Source of the DNA: Mollicutes bacterium
GTDB lineage: Bacteria; Bacillota_I; Bacilli_A; RFN20; CAG-826
Assembly (NCBI GenBank): GCA_022780025.1
Contig: JALEXS010000018.1
Span: 3,837-67,836 of the forward strand
Direction of reading: 5' to 3'
Length of the DNA stretch: 64,000 nt
Below the pieces are notes generated by a model that was not told where the DNA came from, did not search any database, and was given only the letters and a program-made list of their open reading frames with translations. Position numbers and translations under genes: made by a program. Positions 40,296-49,979 of the stretch are shown piece after piece; the stretch's first letter is position 1; every line of letters starts with the position of its first letter.

Positions 40296-41948
40296 TTATT
40301 TATTTTTATACCAATTATTTACTTCGTTTTTAACAGCTTCTTTCCAGTAACGACTATTATAAGTCTTTCTAGCATTTTCTAATTTATCAATTCCTTTATT
40401 AATAATATTTTGCAATTGAGTAACTACATAATTTCTTGCTAATAAATCAACTTTAGAAAATTCAGTTAAAACTGGATGTAAAGCAAATGAATCTAAAATG
40501 ACTCTACTTTCATCAGTCATTAAAACTTCCCAGGCATCAAAACCAACTTCAGCTACAGGCCACCATTTTCTAGCAACATCTCCATTAACTGTAGTTTGAT
40601 ATTGGCTAGTTCCACTAATTTCATCATAGAATTTTGGTAAAACTTTTACATATTCTTCACTACTATTACCAGTTAAAAGTTTAACTGCATCTTTATCATC
40701 TTTTGTAGTTTTTTCGTAATGAATTCCTTCAGTACCTGCAACATTTAAAATAGTTGCTTCTTCAGTTAATTTATAATTAATCCAATCTAATGTATAAGCA
40801 GCATTTTTACTACTAGCAACAGGAACAGTTATATAATAACCAACACCTCTAGAATCACGAGATTTACCTTCGGTTTGAACATTAGTTCCAAGCTTTCCAT
40901 CTCCTTTAATAAAGACTTCCCATTGAACTAAAGCATCATCACTAGCAAAACCATATTGATGATCATTTTTACCATAAACATATTCTTTTTTACTACTTTC
41001 AGTTATAACATCACTTGGAAATCCTTTATAAGAAGAAATCAATGAACTTCTTAAATTAGTAACGTTCCAATAAGATATAACCATACAACTACTAAAACCA
41101 CTTACAAAGTTATTCATACAAGCACTTTCTGTTTGTGATGACCAACCTTGAGCAATAATATTACCAGTTGCTAAAGTGTTCATATATTTTAAATATTCTT
41201 CCATACGATCTGAAAATAGCATATTTTGAATTTCATTATTATCATTAACAAAGAAATTACATGGAACATCAAAAGCAGCAGTAAAAGGATTAGCTTCACT
41301 CATTGTTCCAGGAAGACCTAAAGCATGATAATTTGTATCACTACCATATTTTGTTTGTAAAGCTTTTAAAGCTTCATCAACTTCAGTAATAGTTTTAGGA
41401 AGTTTATTAATATTTACACTCTTTAAATGGTCAAAATTCCAAATAAGTCCAACATTAACCATTGAAGTATGACCAATTTCAGGTAAAGCATAAATCTTAC
41501 CGTTATAAGTAACAGCATCCCATTGCTCTTGAGTAATCTTTGCACAAGTTTTAAGATTAGGACAATATTTATCGATACCATCAGTTAAATCTGTAAAATA
41601 ACCTTGAGTAACATAATTATTAAATAATGTAGGAGATATCTTAAGCATATCAATCTTTTCTTTTCCAGTTAACATTGCTTGAACTTGAGTATCCGCTGCT
41701 CCTTCACTTGTTTGATTATATTTAACTTTATAACCAGTAATTTTTTCTAATTGTTTAGGAATATAACTATTTTGAAAGAAATCATTACTTTTAGTACTAT
41801 TAGGAAAGTAAGTATTTAAAGTTATATTACTTTTATTTTTATTTACATCAATTGTCCAATCAGCTGTTGGATCAATCGCACTTCCACATGAAGTAATTAT
41901 GCTAATTAATGCTAAACTAGTAGCAATTAAATATCCTTTCTTTCTCAT
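40296..41948 (-). CDS. ABC transporter solute-binding lipoprotein (large type)
   Basis: Lipobox ITSC, 550 aa. It sits immediately upstream of the two permeases. Confidence 0.8.
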   Translation of the reverse strand: MRKKGYLIATSLALISIITSCGSAIDPTADWTIDVNKNKSNITLNTYFPNSTKSNDFFQNSYIPKQLEKITGYKVKYNQTSEGAADTQVQAMLTGKEKIDMLKISPTLFNNYVTQGYFTDLTDGIDKYCPNLKTCAKITQEQWDAVTYNGKIYALPEIGHTSMVNVGLIWNFDHLKSVNINKLPKTITEVDEALKALQTKYGSDTNYHALGLPGTMSEANPFTAAFDVPCNFFVNDNNEIQNMLFSDRMEEYLKYMNTLATGNIIAQGWSSQTESACMNNFVSGFSSCMVISYWNVTNLRSSLISSYKGFPSDVITESSKKEYVYGKNDHQYGFASDDALVQWEVFIKGDGKLGTNVQTEGKSRDSRGVGYYITVPVASSKNAAYTLDWINYKLTEEATILNVAGTEGIHYEKTTKDDKDAVKLLTGNSSEEYVKVLPKFYDEISGTSQYQTTVNGDVARKWWPVAEVGFDAWEVLMTDESRVILDSFALHPVLTEFSKVDLLARNYVVTQLQNIINKGIDKLENARKTYNSRYWKEAVKNEVNNWYKNK

Positions 41949-41963
41949 AGTTAAATCCTCCTA

Positions 41964-43346
41964 TTACCACTCGTTTGTATAACAAACGTTTTGAATTAAA
42001 TATTTATCACCTTTTTTATAAGTATTACCAGATTTATATTTACCATCTTCTTTTCTAGTACCATATTCAAAGCTACTAGCAAAAGCACCTTGAGAATATC
42101 CATCTCTTAATAAATCTGAATCAGGATAAAAATCATATTTGATAGTACTTTCTTTACGATATTCAGTAATATCATCACTAATATATCTACTAATTTTAAT
42201 ATTATCCCAAACTACATTTTCAGTTTTAGCACCACAATCCCAGTTCCATACATTTCCAACAACTGGACAATAAGATGAAGCAACTAAAACTCTATAATAA
42301 GTAGTTACATCTTCACCATTTTCAATAAGTGGAGTTTTACCATCTTCTTCATAATGTAAATCACTAAATGTTTCAACTTTACCTGTTGCTAAATTAGTAA
42401 CATTTAAAATCCATCCATTACTATATCCAACAGCTTCAAAATTTAAATCATCACATCCAGAATATTCTTTTGTAGTACTATCATAATATTTAGATGTTGT
42501 AATTATTTTATCTTGATAAACAAAGAATCCTTGGGTTCCATGTGATTTAGAACCACAATTTCTAAATAACTTCCAAACTAATTTATCACCACTAACTGTA
42601 CCAATTAAGCCGAGATCTGCATGGTTTTTAGCTTGTAAATTAAAGAAAATATAAGCATTCCAATGATCTCCATCTTCAGTTTGACGATATTTCATTTCAC
42701 TTAATCTAACATTAGCATTAGCATAAGCAAAACCATTTATATTAGTTCCATTTTCACCTTTTCCTACTCCAGTTGTAGAAAACATATAATTATATGCACC
42801 AGCATTAAGTTCTAAGATATTTGATTGCAAATTCATATCTTCTCTATAATCTTCTCGACCTAAATAAGAATATCCTTTACCATCTCCTGATACGGCATAT
42901 GAATTTTTATGTTTTTCTGTATAAGTTAAGGCATTACTTTTAATATCATTACCAACATAGTCATGGCCATCAAAAACATACCAATTACTTGCTTTTGCTC
43001 TTTTAAATATTTGATTAAAATTACTATCTTGAACTTGTAATTTAACCTTAGTTGATGAATTTTCTCCAGCAATTCTTATTGCTTTATATAAGTTAGTAAA
43101 TGTATTAGATTCTAATTTACTTCCTTTATATTTTAAGTCAGTTGGAATAGATCCATCTTCATTATAAATAGAAAATGGAGCAGTTAATTTAATCTTACTA
43201 GAATCTTCTTTTATACCATCATAAATATTTGGATTTGTAATAGATGGTTCATTTTTTGGTGGATTATCTATTTTATTACCACATCCAACTAAAGTTAAAC
43301 TAATAAGACCTATTCCTAAATAATAAGATATATTCTTTATATTCAT
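41964..43346 (-). CDS. Lipoprotein of unknown function, member 1 of a three-gene paralogous set
   Basis: Lipobox LVGC. It shares a C-terminal ..DCGAK..N(V/I).. motif and N-terminal FxxLYxAxxxxxxN-like motifs with 43353-44864 and 45064-46773. Confidence 0.45.
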   Translation of the reverse strand: MNIKNISYYLGIGLISLTLVGCGNKIDNPPKNEPSITNPNIYDGIKEDSSKIKLTAPFSIYNEDGSIPTDLKYKGSKLESNTFTNLYKAIRIAGENSSTKVKLQVQDSNFNQIFKRAKASNWYVFDGHDYVGNDIKSNALTYTEKHKNSYAVSGDGKGYSYLGREDYREDMNLQSNILELNAGAYNYMFSTTGVGKGENGTNINGFAYANANVRLSEMKYRQTEDGDHWNAYIFFNLQAKNHADLGLIGTVSGDKLVWKLFRNCGSKSHGTQGFFVYQDKIITTSKYYDSTTKEYSGCDDLNFEAVGYSNGWILNVTNLATGKVETFSDLHYEEDGKTPLIENGEDVTTYYRVLVASSYCPVVGNVWNWDCGAKTENVVWDNIKISRYISDDITEYRKESTIKYDFYPDSDLLRDGYSQGAFASSFEYGTRKEDGKYKSGNTYKKGDKYLIQNVCYTNEW

Positions 43347-43352
43347 AAATTA

Positions 43353-44864
43353 TTATCTTTCAATAGCTTTTTCTAATTGAGTGTAACCATCAATTCTAGT
43401 AATTAATTTTTGTTGAACTGCACTTAAAGCATTAAATTTAGGTAATGTTTTTATAACAATTGCACTATCTTTAGTATCAGTATCTTTAATTTTAGCAATT
43501 TCTTGTTCAACATCTAATACTTCTTTAGTTCTTAAAGTAGTAGGTGCGATTTGTTCATAACTAATATCATAAATATCTTTATCTTTAACATCATTATGAT
43601 AATTAATTAAGCCATAATTATCTAAAATAATTTCACAATCTGCATCATTTTTTTCTGCACCTGCTAATAAGTTATAGGTTTCACCAGGTTTGCAGCACAT
43701 TTCGCTATCTCCGCCGTATTCTTCATCAGTAAGTCCTTCAGGTACACTACCTTTAGCTTCACTAACAACAATATTTTTAAAGTAAGCTCCACACATAAAA
43801 TCAGGTGCATAACTTCCTTCTTCAACTTTATCATTACCAGCAACTAAATCTAAAGAAATATTAGCTCTAGGAGTACCACGACCATTAATATTTGTATAGT
43901 CATAATTCTTCTTAAATGATTTAGTAGTTCCATCTTTATATGTAACTTCGATCGCTAAATCATTAGTCCAAACTTCTTCAGCTTTATCAAATACATAAGT
44001 AAGAGTCATTTTAACATCACCATCTGGTGTATATTCTTGTTTCTCATTATCCCAAGTAGATGTTAAAATTACTTCTTTATTATCATATTCTAAAATTTTA
44101 GAATCAGATTGAGTTTCACCTTTAAGATAATACCAATTACCAGTATCTGTATCCATATAAATACCTTGGTTAGACCAGTTATATGAATCAGTTTGAGATA
44201 AAGTAATTAAAGGTTCAACTTTTTGATCTTTAGAGTAAGATGGTCTAATTTTAGATTGAGTTAAATCAAATTTATAAGTGATTTCTCTCATACCTGTAAA
44301 AGCATGAGGATTATATCTAATAGATGTATCTAATAAAGGTAATAAGTTCCAGCTAGCTGTTTTTAAAGTTTCATGTCTTAATAAATAATAAGGTTGATAA
44401 CTTTGTTTTAAACAATCAGTAGTAACATATAATCTATTATATTTTTCACCAATATTTGTATCAACATAACCTGCTACATATTGAGTATAGCCATCTAAAG
44501 CACCATTATTTTCTGTATTATAATAGAACCATTGGTCATAAATATTATCACCTCTAATAGAATCTACACTTGATCTTTTTTGGAAAATTATAGTATCTGT
44601 AGAATCATCTTTAGCTTTTACAAAACTACCATTTTCACAATTTTCATAGACATAGTTAGCAGCTTCATATAAAGATTTAAAATCATAAGTTTTTCCATCT
44701 GGAACAAATTCTTCTCCATCCATTTCACCACTAACTACAGTAAATAAATCTAAACGACTATCTTTAAATTTATCTTTATTTTCTTTTTTTGGGGTATTTC
44801 CACAAGATGCAAGAATTGCACTTGTGCACAACATCGCAGCAATTGTTATAATATTTTTTTTCAT
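43353..44864 (-). CDS. Lipoprotein of unknown function, member 2 of the set
   Basis: Lipobox LASC. KFDLTQSKIRPSYS and PDFMCGAYFKNIVVSE parallel TWDLSKSSLIPSYN and PDLSCGAKWLNIIQSD in member 3. Confidence 0.45.
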   Translation of the reverse strand: MKKNIITIAAMLCTSAILASCGNTPKKENKDKFKDSRLDLFTVVSGEMDGEEFVPDGKTYDFKSLYEAANYVYENCENGSFVKAKDDSTDTIIFQKRSSVDSIRGDNIYDQWFYYNTENNGALDGYTQYVAGYVDTNIGEKYNRLYVTTDCLKQSYQPYYLLRHETLKTASWNLLPLLDTSIRYNPHAFTGMREITYKFDLTQSKIRPSYSKDQKVEPLITLSQTDSYNWSNQGIYMDTDTGNWYYLKGETQSDSKILEYDNKEVILTSTWDNEKQEYTPDGDVKMTLTYVFDKAEEVWTNDLAIEVTYKDGTTKSFKKNYDYTNINGRGTPRANISLDLVAGNDKVEEGSYAPDFMCGAYFKNIVVSEAKGSVPEGLTDEEYGGDSEMCCKPGETYNLLAGAEKNDADCEIILDNYGLINYHNDVKDKDIYDISYEQIAPTTLRTKEVLDVEQEIAKIKDTDTKDSAIVIKTLPKFNALSAVQQKLITRIDGYTQLEKAIER

Positions 44865-45013
44865 AATTTTTACCTCGTTAATATTTTATTAATAATATTA
44901 ATATTTGTATATGTTTAATAGGTTTTTTGCTAATAAATTAGAATTAAATACTAATATTTGTTAACTTATTTTGTTGTTTTCTTAATAACTACATTAATCA
45001 CTTATCTAAATAA

Positions 45014-45034
45014 GGGATACTCAATGAGTATCCC
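45014..45034 (-). terminator. GC-rich hairpin between lipoprotein genes (terminator or attenuator candidate)
   Basis: GGGATACTC-AAT-GAGTATCCC is a 9-bp perfect stem. Both sides are T-rich, with TTTTT on the plus strand and TTATTT on the minus strand. Confidence 0.55.
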
Positions 45035-45063
45035 CCTTTTTAGATTAAATTAAATATTATTAA

Positions 45064-46773
45064 TTAATAATGAATGCTAAATATACTTCTACCATCAGCA
45101 TCTGTTGAACTATCGACATTATTAGCACCTAATGTGAAGACTTGGTTACCAAAATTAATAGTTCTTCCAGCTGTCCATTGTAAGTTATCAGCTTCTTTTG
45201 ATTCACCTTCGCCAAGAAGTGTTTCATATTTTTCAGCGATTGAATCAGATTGAATGATATTTAACCATTTAGCACCACAGCTTAAATCTGGTAATACTTT
45301 ATCAGAATATTTAGGAGTTAAAGTAACACCATAAAGTGATCTTTCACTTGAACCGACTCTAGCTTGTTCTTTTCCAGCATCGACTAAATAATTAACTTTT
45401 CCAGTTTCTTGAGTTGCTTTATATCCAGTAATTGTATAATCTCTAGTATAATTTCCACTACAATCAGGATCATCACTAAATTTAATATCAACTTTTAAAT
45501 TAACTGTAACTTCAGGGAATGTCCAATATTTATTAAATGCATCCCATTTAGCTTTACCAATTGAAGTTGTTCCGATTTCTCTTTCTCCCATAGTAGCAAT
45601 ATTGAAACCGCCATCTATTGAAGGAACTTCTGTAAATGTATAGATATCTCTTTCTGTTCCATCAGTTAAATCTTTATTAGCTTCCATAGATCCTGCATCA
45701 AAATAGACACCAACTAATTTATTAATAACTGTACTTGAACCAAGATAAATTTGTGCAAATGTTTCTTGTTCAGCATTATATGAAGGAATTAATGAAGATT
45801 TTGATAAGTCCCATGTCATATCCATATTTTTCCATTTATATGGATCAGCCCAAGTAATGTAACGTGGACCAGCCATACCTGCTATATAATTAGCAGCTCT
45901 AAATCCACTCCAAACGTTCTTTGTTGGATCACCAGCAGTTGAGAATCCACTATTTCCATCTTTGAATAATGATTTATCACTACCGATAGGTAACATTTCG
46001 ATTCTATTGAATTTAGCATGTTTTGTTGGATTATTACTTTCATCTTTTCCAATTAAACTTGTGAATATATATGATTTTTTACTACTATCAACTGTTAATG
46101 CATAATCTTTAAACCATCCAACAGCTTTTCCATCAGCAAATTTTTCATGAGAATCAAATTCATCAGATGTTCCTTCAGCTGTAACTGCATTTAAGTATGC
46201 ACTTTGGAAAGTATATAACTTATCGGTTGCACCTTTTTTAGTAATATAACCATTTACATTATTTAAATCATCGTGTAATTTACCAATAGCATTAAAGAAG
46301 CCTTTAGCTTCAAATAATAAAGCTCCGTCTTCTTTATGTGCTTCATAAACTACTCTAGTATCGCCATAAGCTGAACTTTTAACAGTAATATCGACTGAAA
46401 CTTCGCCAATAGCAGCAGTAACTATTACTGTTTTTCCACCTTTAACATTAGTAATCTTACAGGATTTACCATCTTCGGAAGGAGTTAATGTAATAGCTTC
46501 TTCATCAGTTGCTTCCCAAGTAGGAACACCTTCAACATTTTCTAAAGTTAAAGTGACAGTATCTTCTTTACCAACTTCATCTAAAGTAACAACTTCCTTA
46601 TCTGCTTTAATAGCAGGTGTTGGAGTAGGCTCTGGTGTTGGCTCTGGTGTAGGTTCAGGTGTTGGCTCTGGTTCTGGTGTTGGATTATCTGAAGAACCAC
46701 CACAACTTGCTAAACCACCTAAAGTAAGTAATGACATAGCAGCTAATGTCATAAATAATTTTCTTTTTTTCAT
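45064..46773 (-). CDS. Lipoprotein of unknown function, member 3 (PEPT linker + Ig-like domain + family domains)
   Basis: Lipobox LASCGG, then PTPEPEPTPEPTPEPTPEPTPTP. Start set to the ATG at 46773, which has AAAGGAG upstream. The track start at 46809 is a GTG. Confidence 0.5.
   Translation of the reverse strand: MKKRKLFMTLAAMSLLTLGGLASCGGSSDNPTPEPEPTPEPTPEPTPEPTPTPAIKADKEVVTLDEVGKEDTVTLTLENVEGVPTWEATDEEAITLTPSEDGKSCKITNVKGGKTVIVTAAIGEVSVDITVKSSAYGDTRVVYEAHKEDGALLFEAKGFFNAIGKLHDDLNNVNGYITKKGATDKLYTFQSAYLNAVTAEGTSDEFDSHEKFADGKAVGWFKDYALTVDSSKKSYIFTSLIGKDESNNPTKHAKFNRIEMLPIGSDKSLFKDGNSGFSTAGDPTKNVWSGFRAANYIAGMAGPRYITWADPYKWKNMDMTWDLSKSSLIPSYNAEQETFAQIYLGSSTVINKLVGVYFDAGSMEANKDLTDGTERDIYTFTEVPSIDGGFNIATMGEREIGTTSIGKAKWDAFNKYWTFPEVTVNLKVDIKFSDDPDCSGNYTRDYTITGYKATQETGKVNYLVDAGKEQARVGSSERSLYGVTLTPKYSDKVLPDLSCGAKWLNIIQSDSIAEKYETLLGEGESKEADNLQWTAGRTINFGNQVFTLGANNVDSSTDADGRSIFSIHY
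46616..46684 (-). repeat. Tandem imperfect 12-nt repeat encoding the (PEPT)n linker
   Basis: GGCTCTGGTGTT-like units are repeated about 5 times on the plus strand. Confidence 0.7.
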
Positions 46774-46809
46774 ATTCGCTCCTTTTAAATTGAAAATAAG
46801 TTTGTGCAC

Positions 46810-46834
46810 TGAAAGCGCTTACAATGATATTATA
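46810..46834 (-). promoter_or_regulatory. cre (CcpA) site immediately downstream of a TATAAT -10 box
   Basis: The minus strand reads TATAAT-ATCAT-TGTAAGCGCTTTCA. The 14-mer matches TGWAANCGNTNWCA at every constrained position. It lies 37-50 nt upstream of the ATG at 46773. Confidence 0.6.
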
Positions 46835-47092
46835 TTTTTTATTTTTCTAAATAAAATATTTTGCCATTCATAGACTAATTTAAAATTATGCAATCTTAAT
46901 TTTTGTATATTTTTAACACTAATTATCATTAAAAATATCGTTCAATCTTAATTTTAAGCAAAGATTACTAAAATAATTGAAAATTATTAAGTTAGTATTT
47001 TTCCTTATTATTAGTTATTTATATATAAATATAAAAAGGTAATCAATCTAATAATGACTACCTTTATATAATATTTAATATAAATACATATA

Positions 47093-48439
47093 TTATTTAA
47101 TCGATTTTGTAGTAATAAAATCAAATAAATGAATTTTACCCATATCAAAATGAATTTTAAATTCTTCACCTGACTTATATATTCTTTCCATAAATGGAAC
47201 TTTAGCTACTAATTCAAAATTACTTAAATTAATATGAACATAAAATTCATTACCTAATAATTCTGATAAAGAAATAATAGGGTTAAAATATTTACTCTTT
47301 TCATATTGCTTATTAGCATCAATATGATGATGAATATCTTCTGGTCTAATAGCAAAATATATTTCATGAGGTTTATTATTTTTAATTTTATTTAAACAAT
47401 CTTTCTTTTCTAATAAAGAAGTTAAGTTTTCATTAGCTTTTAATAAAGCTTTTTCATCTTTCTTTTTCTTATTAGATTCTAAATTAATGAATTCTTCTTC
47501 TTTTTTAATTTCTTCATCAAGATTAATATCTAAATTATTATAAAATTCATCATGTTTAATCTTAAATTCATTAGGTAATTCAATAAAATTAGATTCATCA
47601 AAATAAATAATCCCATTATTATAAATGCATTTACATATATTAGTTGATGGGGATCCAATAAATTCTGCGACAAATTTATTATTTGGATTATCATAAATTT
47701 CTTTTGGTGTACCAATCTGTTGAATATATCCATCTTTCATAACTACAATTTTATCAGCCATGGTCATAGCTTCTGTTTGATCATGAGTAACATAAATTGT
47801 TGTAGCATTCATCTTTTTATGAAGTCTAATAATTTCACTTCTCATTTGAACACGTAATTTAGCATCTAAATTACTTAAAGGTTCATCCATTAAAAATACT
47901 TTAGCATCTCTAACAATTGCTCTACCTAAAGCGACACGTTGTCTTTGTCCGCCACTTAATTCTTTAGGTTTACGGTTTAAATAATCAGTTAAACCTAATA
48001 TTTCAGCAGCATTTAATACTCTTTTATTGATTTCTTCTTTTGGATAATTTCTCATTTTTAATCCAAAAGCGATATTATCATAAACATTCATATGAGGATA
48101 AAGAGCATAACTTTGGAAAACTAAAGCAATATTTCTATCTTTAGGAGATAATAAATTTGAATATTGTTTATCAATATATAAATCTCCATCAGTAATTTCT
48201 TCAAGACCTGCAATCATTCTTAAAGTAGTAGATTTACCACATCCAGATGGACCAACAAAAACTACAAATTCATGCTTTTTAACATTTAAATTAAAATCAT
48301 GAACTGCAACTACTCCATTAGGATAAGTCTTTGAAATATGTTCCAATTTAATATATTCATTATCAGTTAAGTTAGAATTTATTTCTGGTTTTGTCTCTAT
48401 TTTTTCTTCTTTCTTTTTCTTAAAAAAGCCTAATTTCAT
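47093..48439 (-). CDS. MsmK/MalK-like sugar ABC ATPase with an insert in the C-terminal regulatory domain
   Basis: [39 protein letters not shown]. Start set to the ATG at 48439, which has AGGAGG 8 nt upstream. Confidence 0.85.
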   Translation of the reverse strand: MKLGFFKKKKEEKIETKPEINSNLTDNEYIKLEHISKTYPNGVVAVHDFNLNVKKHEFVVFVGPSGCGKSTTLRMIAGLEEITDGDLYIDKQYSNLLSPKDRNIALVFQSYALYPHMNVYDNIAFGLKMRNYPKEEINKRVLNAAEILGLTDYLNRKPKELSGGQRQRVALGRAIVRDAKVFLMDEPLSNLDAKLRVQMRSEIIRLHKKMNATTIYVTHDQTEAMTMADKIVVMKDGYIQQIGTPKEIYDNPNNKFVAEFIGSPSTNICKCIYNNGIIYFDESNFIELPNEFKIKHDEFYNNLDINLDEEIKKEEEFINLESNKKKKDEKALLKANENLTSLLEKKDCLNKIKNNKPHEIYFAIRPEDIHHHIDANKQYEKSKYFNPIISLSELLGNEFYVHINLSNFELVAKVPFMERIYKSGEEFKIHFDMGKIHLFDFITTKSIK

Positions 48440-48452
48440 ATTAAAAACCCTC

Positions 48453-49367
48453 CTAATCCCCATTATTTTTCAAAAATTCCATTACATCATTATATCTTTT
48501 AATTGAAGGAATTGCACCTTTAGTTAGAGTAGTTAAAGCTCCCATTGCATTAGCAAATTTTAATGAATAATCTAAATCAAAATCATTAGCTAAGCAATAA
48601 GCAAAAGCACCATTAAAAGAATCTCCAGCAGCAACTGTATCAACTGGTTTTATTTTAAAAGCAGTTTGATAAATTACAAGATCCTTATTGACTAATAAAG
48701 AACCTTTTTCTCCTAATGTACAAATTACGTTTTTTATACCTCTAGTAAGTAATTCTTCTGCAGCAATATGAGCATCTTCAATTGTTAAAACTTCTTTATT
48801 AACTAAAAATCCAAGTTCTTTTTCGTTTGGTGTTAAATAATCGATTAAAGGATAAATATCTTTTGATATTTCTCTAGCAGGTGCTGGATTTACTATCGTT
48901 ATTAAATTATTTTCTTTAGCAACTTTAATTCCGTATTCCGTAATTTCTCTTCTCATTTCGAATTGAGTTAAGAAAATATCACATTTTTTAAGTTCATCAA
49001 TTGCTAAATCTTCTTTTTGAAAATCATGATTTGCACCTAAAACTATGCAAATTCTATTTTGGCCATTTCCATCAAGTTGAACACAACCAATTCCAGTAGA
49101 TTCTTCAGATCTTTTAATAAAATCAGTACTAATATTTTCTTTTTTTAATATTTCGATAAAATTATCACCAAAATTATCTTTACCAACTTTACCATTAATT
49201 ACTAAATCACCACCAAGTCTAGATATAGCAATACATTGATTAGCACCTTTTCCACCAGGAAAAGTTTCGAATTTATTGCCAACTACACTTTCTTTTGCTT
49301 CTGGAAATCTATCCATTGATGTTACTAAATCATAAACAAAAGAACCAAGAATAAAAATCTTCTTCAT
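48453..49367 (-). CDS. Ribokinase-like PfkB pentose kinase
   Basis: [36 protein letters not shown]. This is the second RbsK-type gene in the window. Confidence 0.8.
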   Translation of the reverse strand: MKKIFILGSFVYDLVTSMDRFPEAKESVVGNKFETFPGGKGANQCIAISRLGGDLVINGKVGKDNFGDNFIEILKKENISTDFIKRSEESTGIGCVQLDGNGQNRICIVLGANHDFQKEDLAIDELKKCDIFLTQFEMRREITEYGIKVAKENNLITIVNPAPAREISKDIYPLIDYLTPNEKELGFLVNKEVLTIEDAHIAAEELLTRGIKNVICTLGEKGSLLVNKDLVIYQTAFKIKPVDTVAAGDSFNGAFAYCLANDFDLDYSLKFANAMGALTTLTKGAIPSIKRYNDVMEFLKNNGD

Positions 49368-49368
49368 T

Positions 49369-49965
49369 TTATTTACACTCCTTACTTAAAGCTTCTCCTA
49401 AAGCTCCATTTGGATGAAATTTAAAGAAATCTTCTTTTTTAAAGTCATATGATTTTGATAAAGCACAAGCTATAGCATCGCCTAATACTAAAGCTAATGT
49501 CGAAGATACAGTTGGTGCTAAACCTAAATGATCTGCTTCTTTTTCAAAATGATATATTAATTGATAATCAGTATTTTTAGCTAAATAAGAATCCTTTTTA
49601 CTAGTAAATCCAATAGTTTTACAACCGATATTTCTTAAAGGATTAATGTTTTGAGTAACTTCTTTAGTTGTTCCACTATTAGATAATAAGATTACAATAT
49701 CATCTTTAGTAATCATTCCTAAATCACCATGACATGCTTCTGTTCCATGAACAAAAAATGAAGGTGTACCAGTTGAAGAGAATGTTGCAGCTAATTTTTC
49801 ACAAATATGACCAGATTTACCAACACCTAAAAATACTACTTTTCCTTTAGTATTTTTAATAGCATTTATAACTTTTTCTATTTCTTCATAATCTAAATTA
49901 GCTTTCATTAAAGAAATAGCATCGTATTCTTTATTAATTACATTTTCTAAATCAGTTTTATACAT
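49369..49965 (-). CDS. SIS-domain D-arabinose-5-phosphate isomerase (KdsD/GutQ/KpsF-like, no CBS domains)
   Basis: GVGKSGHICEKLAATFSSTGTPSFFVHGTEACHGDLGMI, LGLAPTVSST and FHPNGALG closely track the KdsD SIS domain as I recall it. It is 198 aa, so the CBS pair is absent. Confidence 0.8.
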   Translation of the reverse strand: MYKTDLENVINKEYDAISLMKANLDYEEIEKVINAIKNTKGKVVFLGVGKSGHICEKLAATFSSTGTPSFFVHGTEACHGDLGMITKDDIVILLSNSGTTKEVTQNINPLRNIGCKTIGFTSKKDSYLAKNTDYQLIYHFEKEADHLGLAPTVSSTLALVLGDAIACALSKSYDFKKEDFFKFHPNGALGEALSKECK

Positions 49966-49979
49966 AAAACTAGCTCCTT

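Noticed and set aside
45014-45041. The GC-rich hairpin with a T5 tail on the plus strand, as evidence for an unannotated plus-strand transcript.
   Set aside because: No plus-strand ORF or promoter-like element lies upstream of it. The hairpin is symmetric, and it is more simply explained as the terminator or attenuator between two minus-strand lipoprotein genes.
46553-46873. A 106-aa plus-strand ORF with a striking GVGSGVGSGVGSG repeat.
   Set aside because: It is the antisense reading of the (PEPT)n linker of the minus-strand lipoprotein gene and runs through that gene's start region. The repeat is a mirror artefact.
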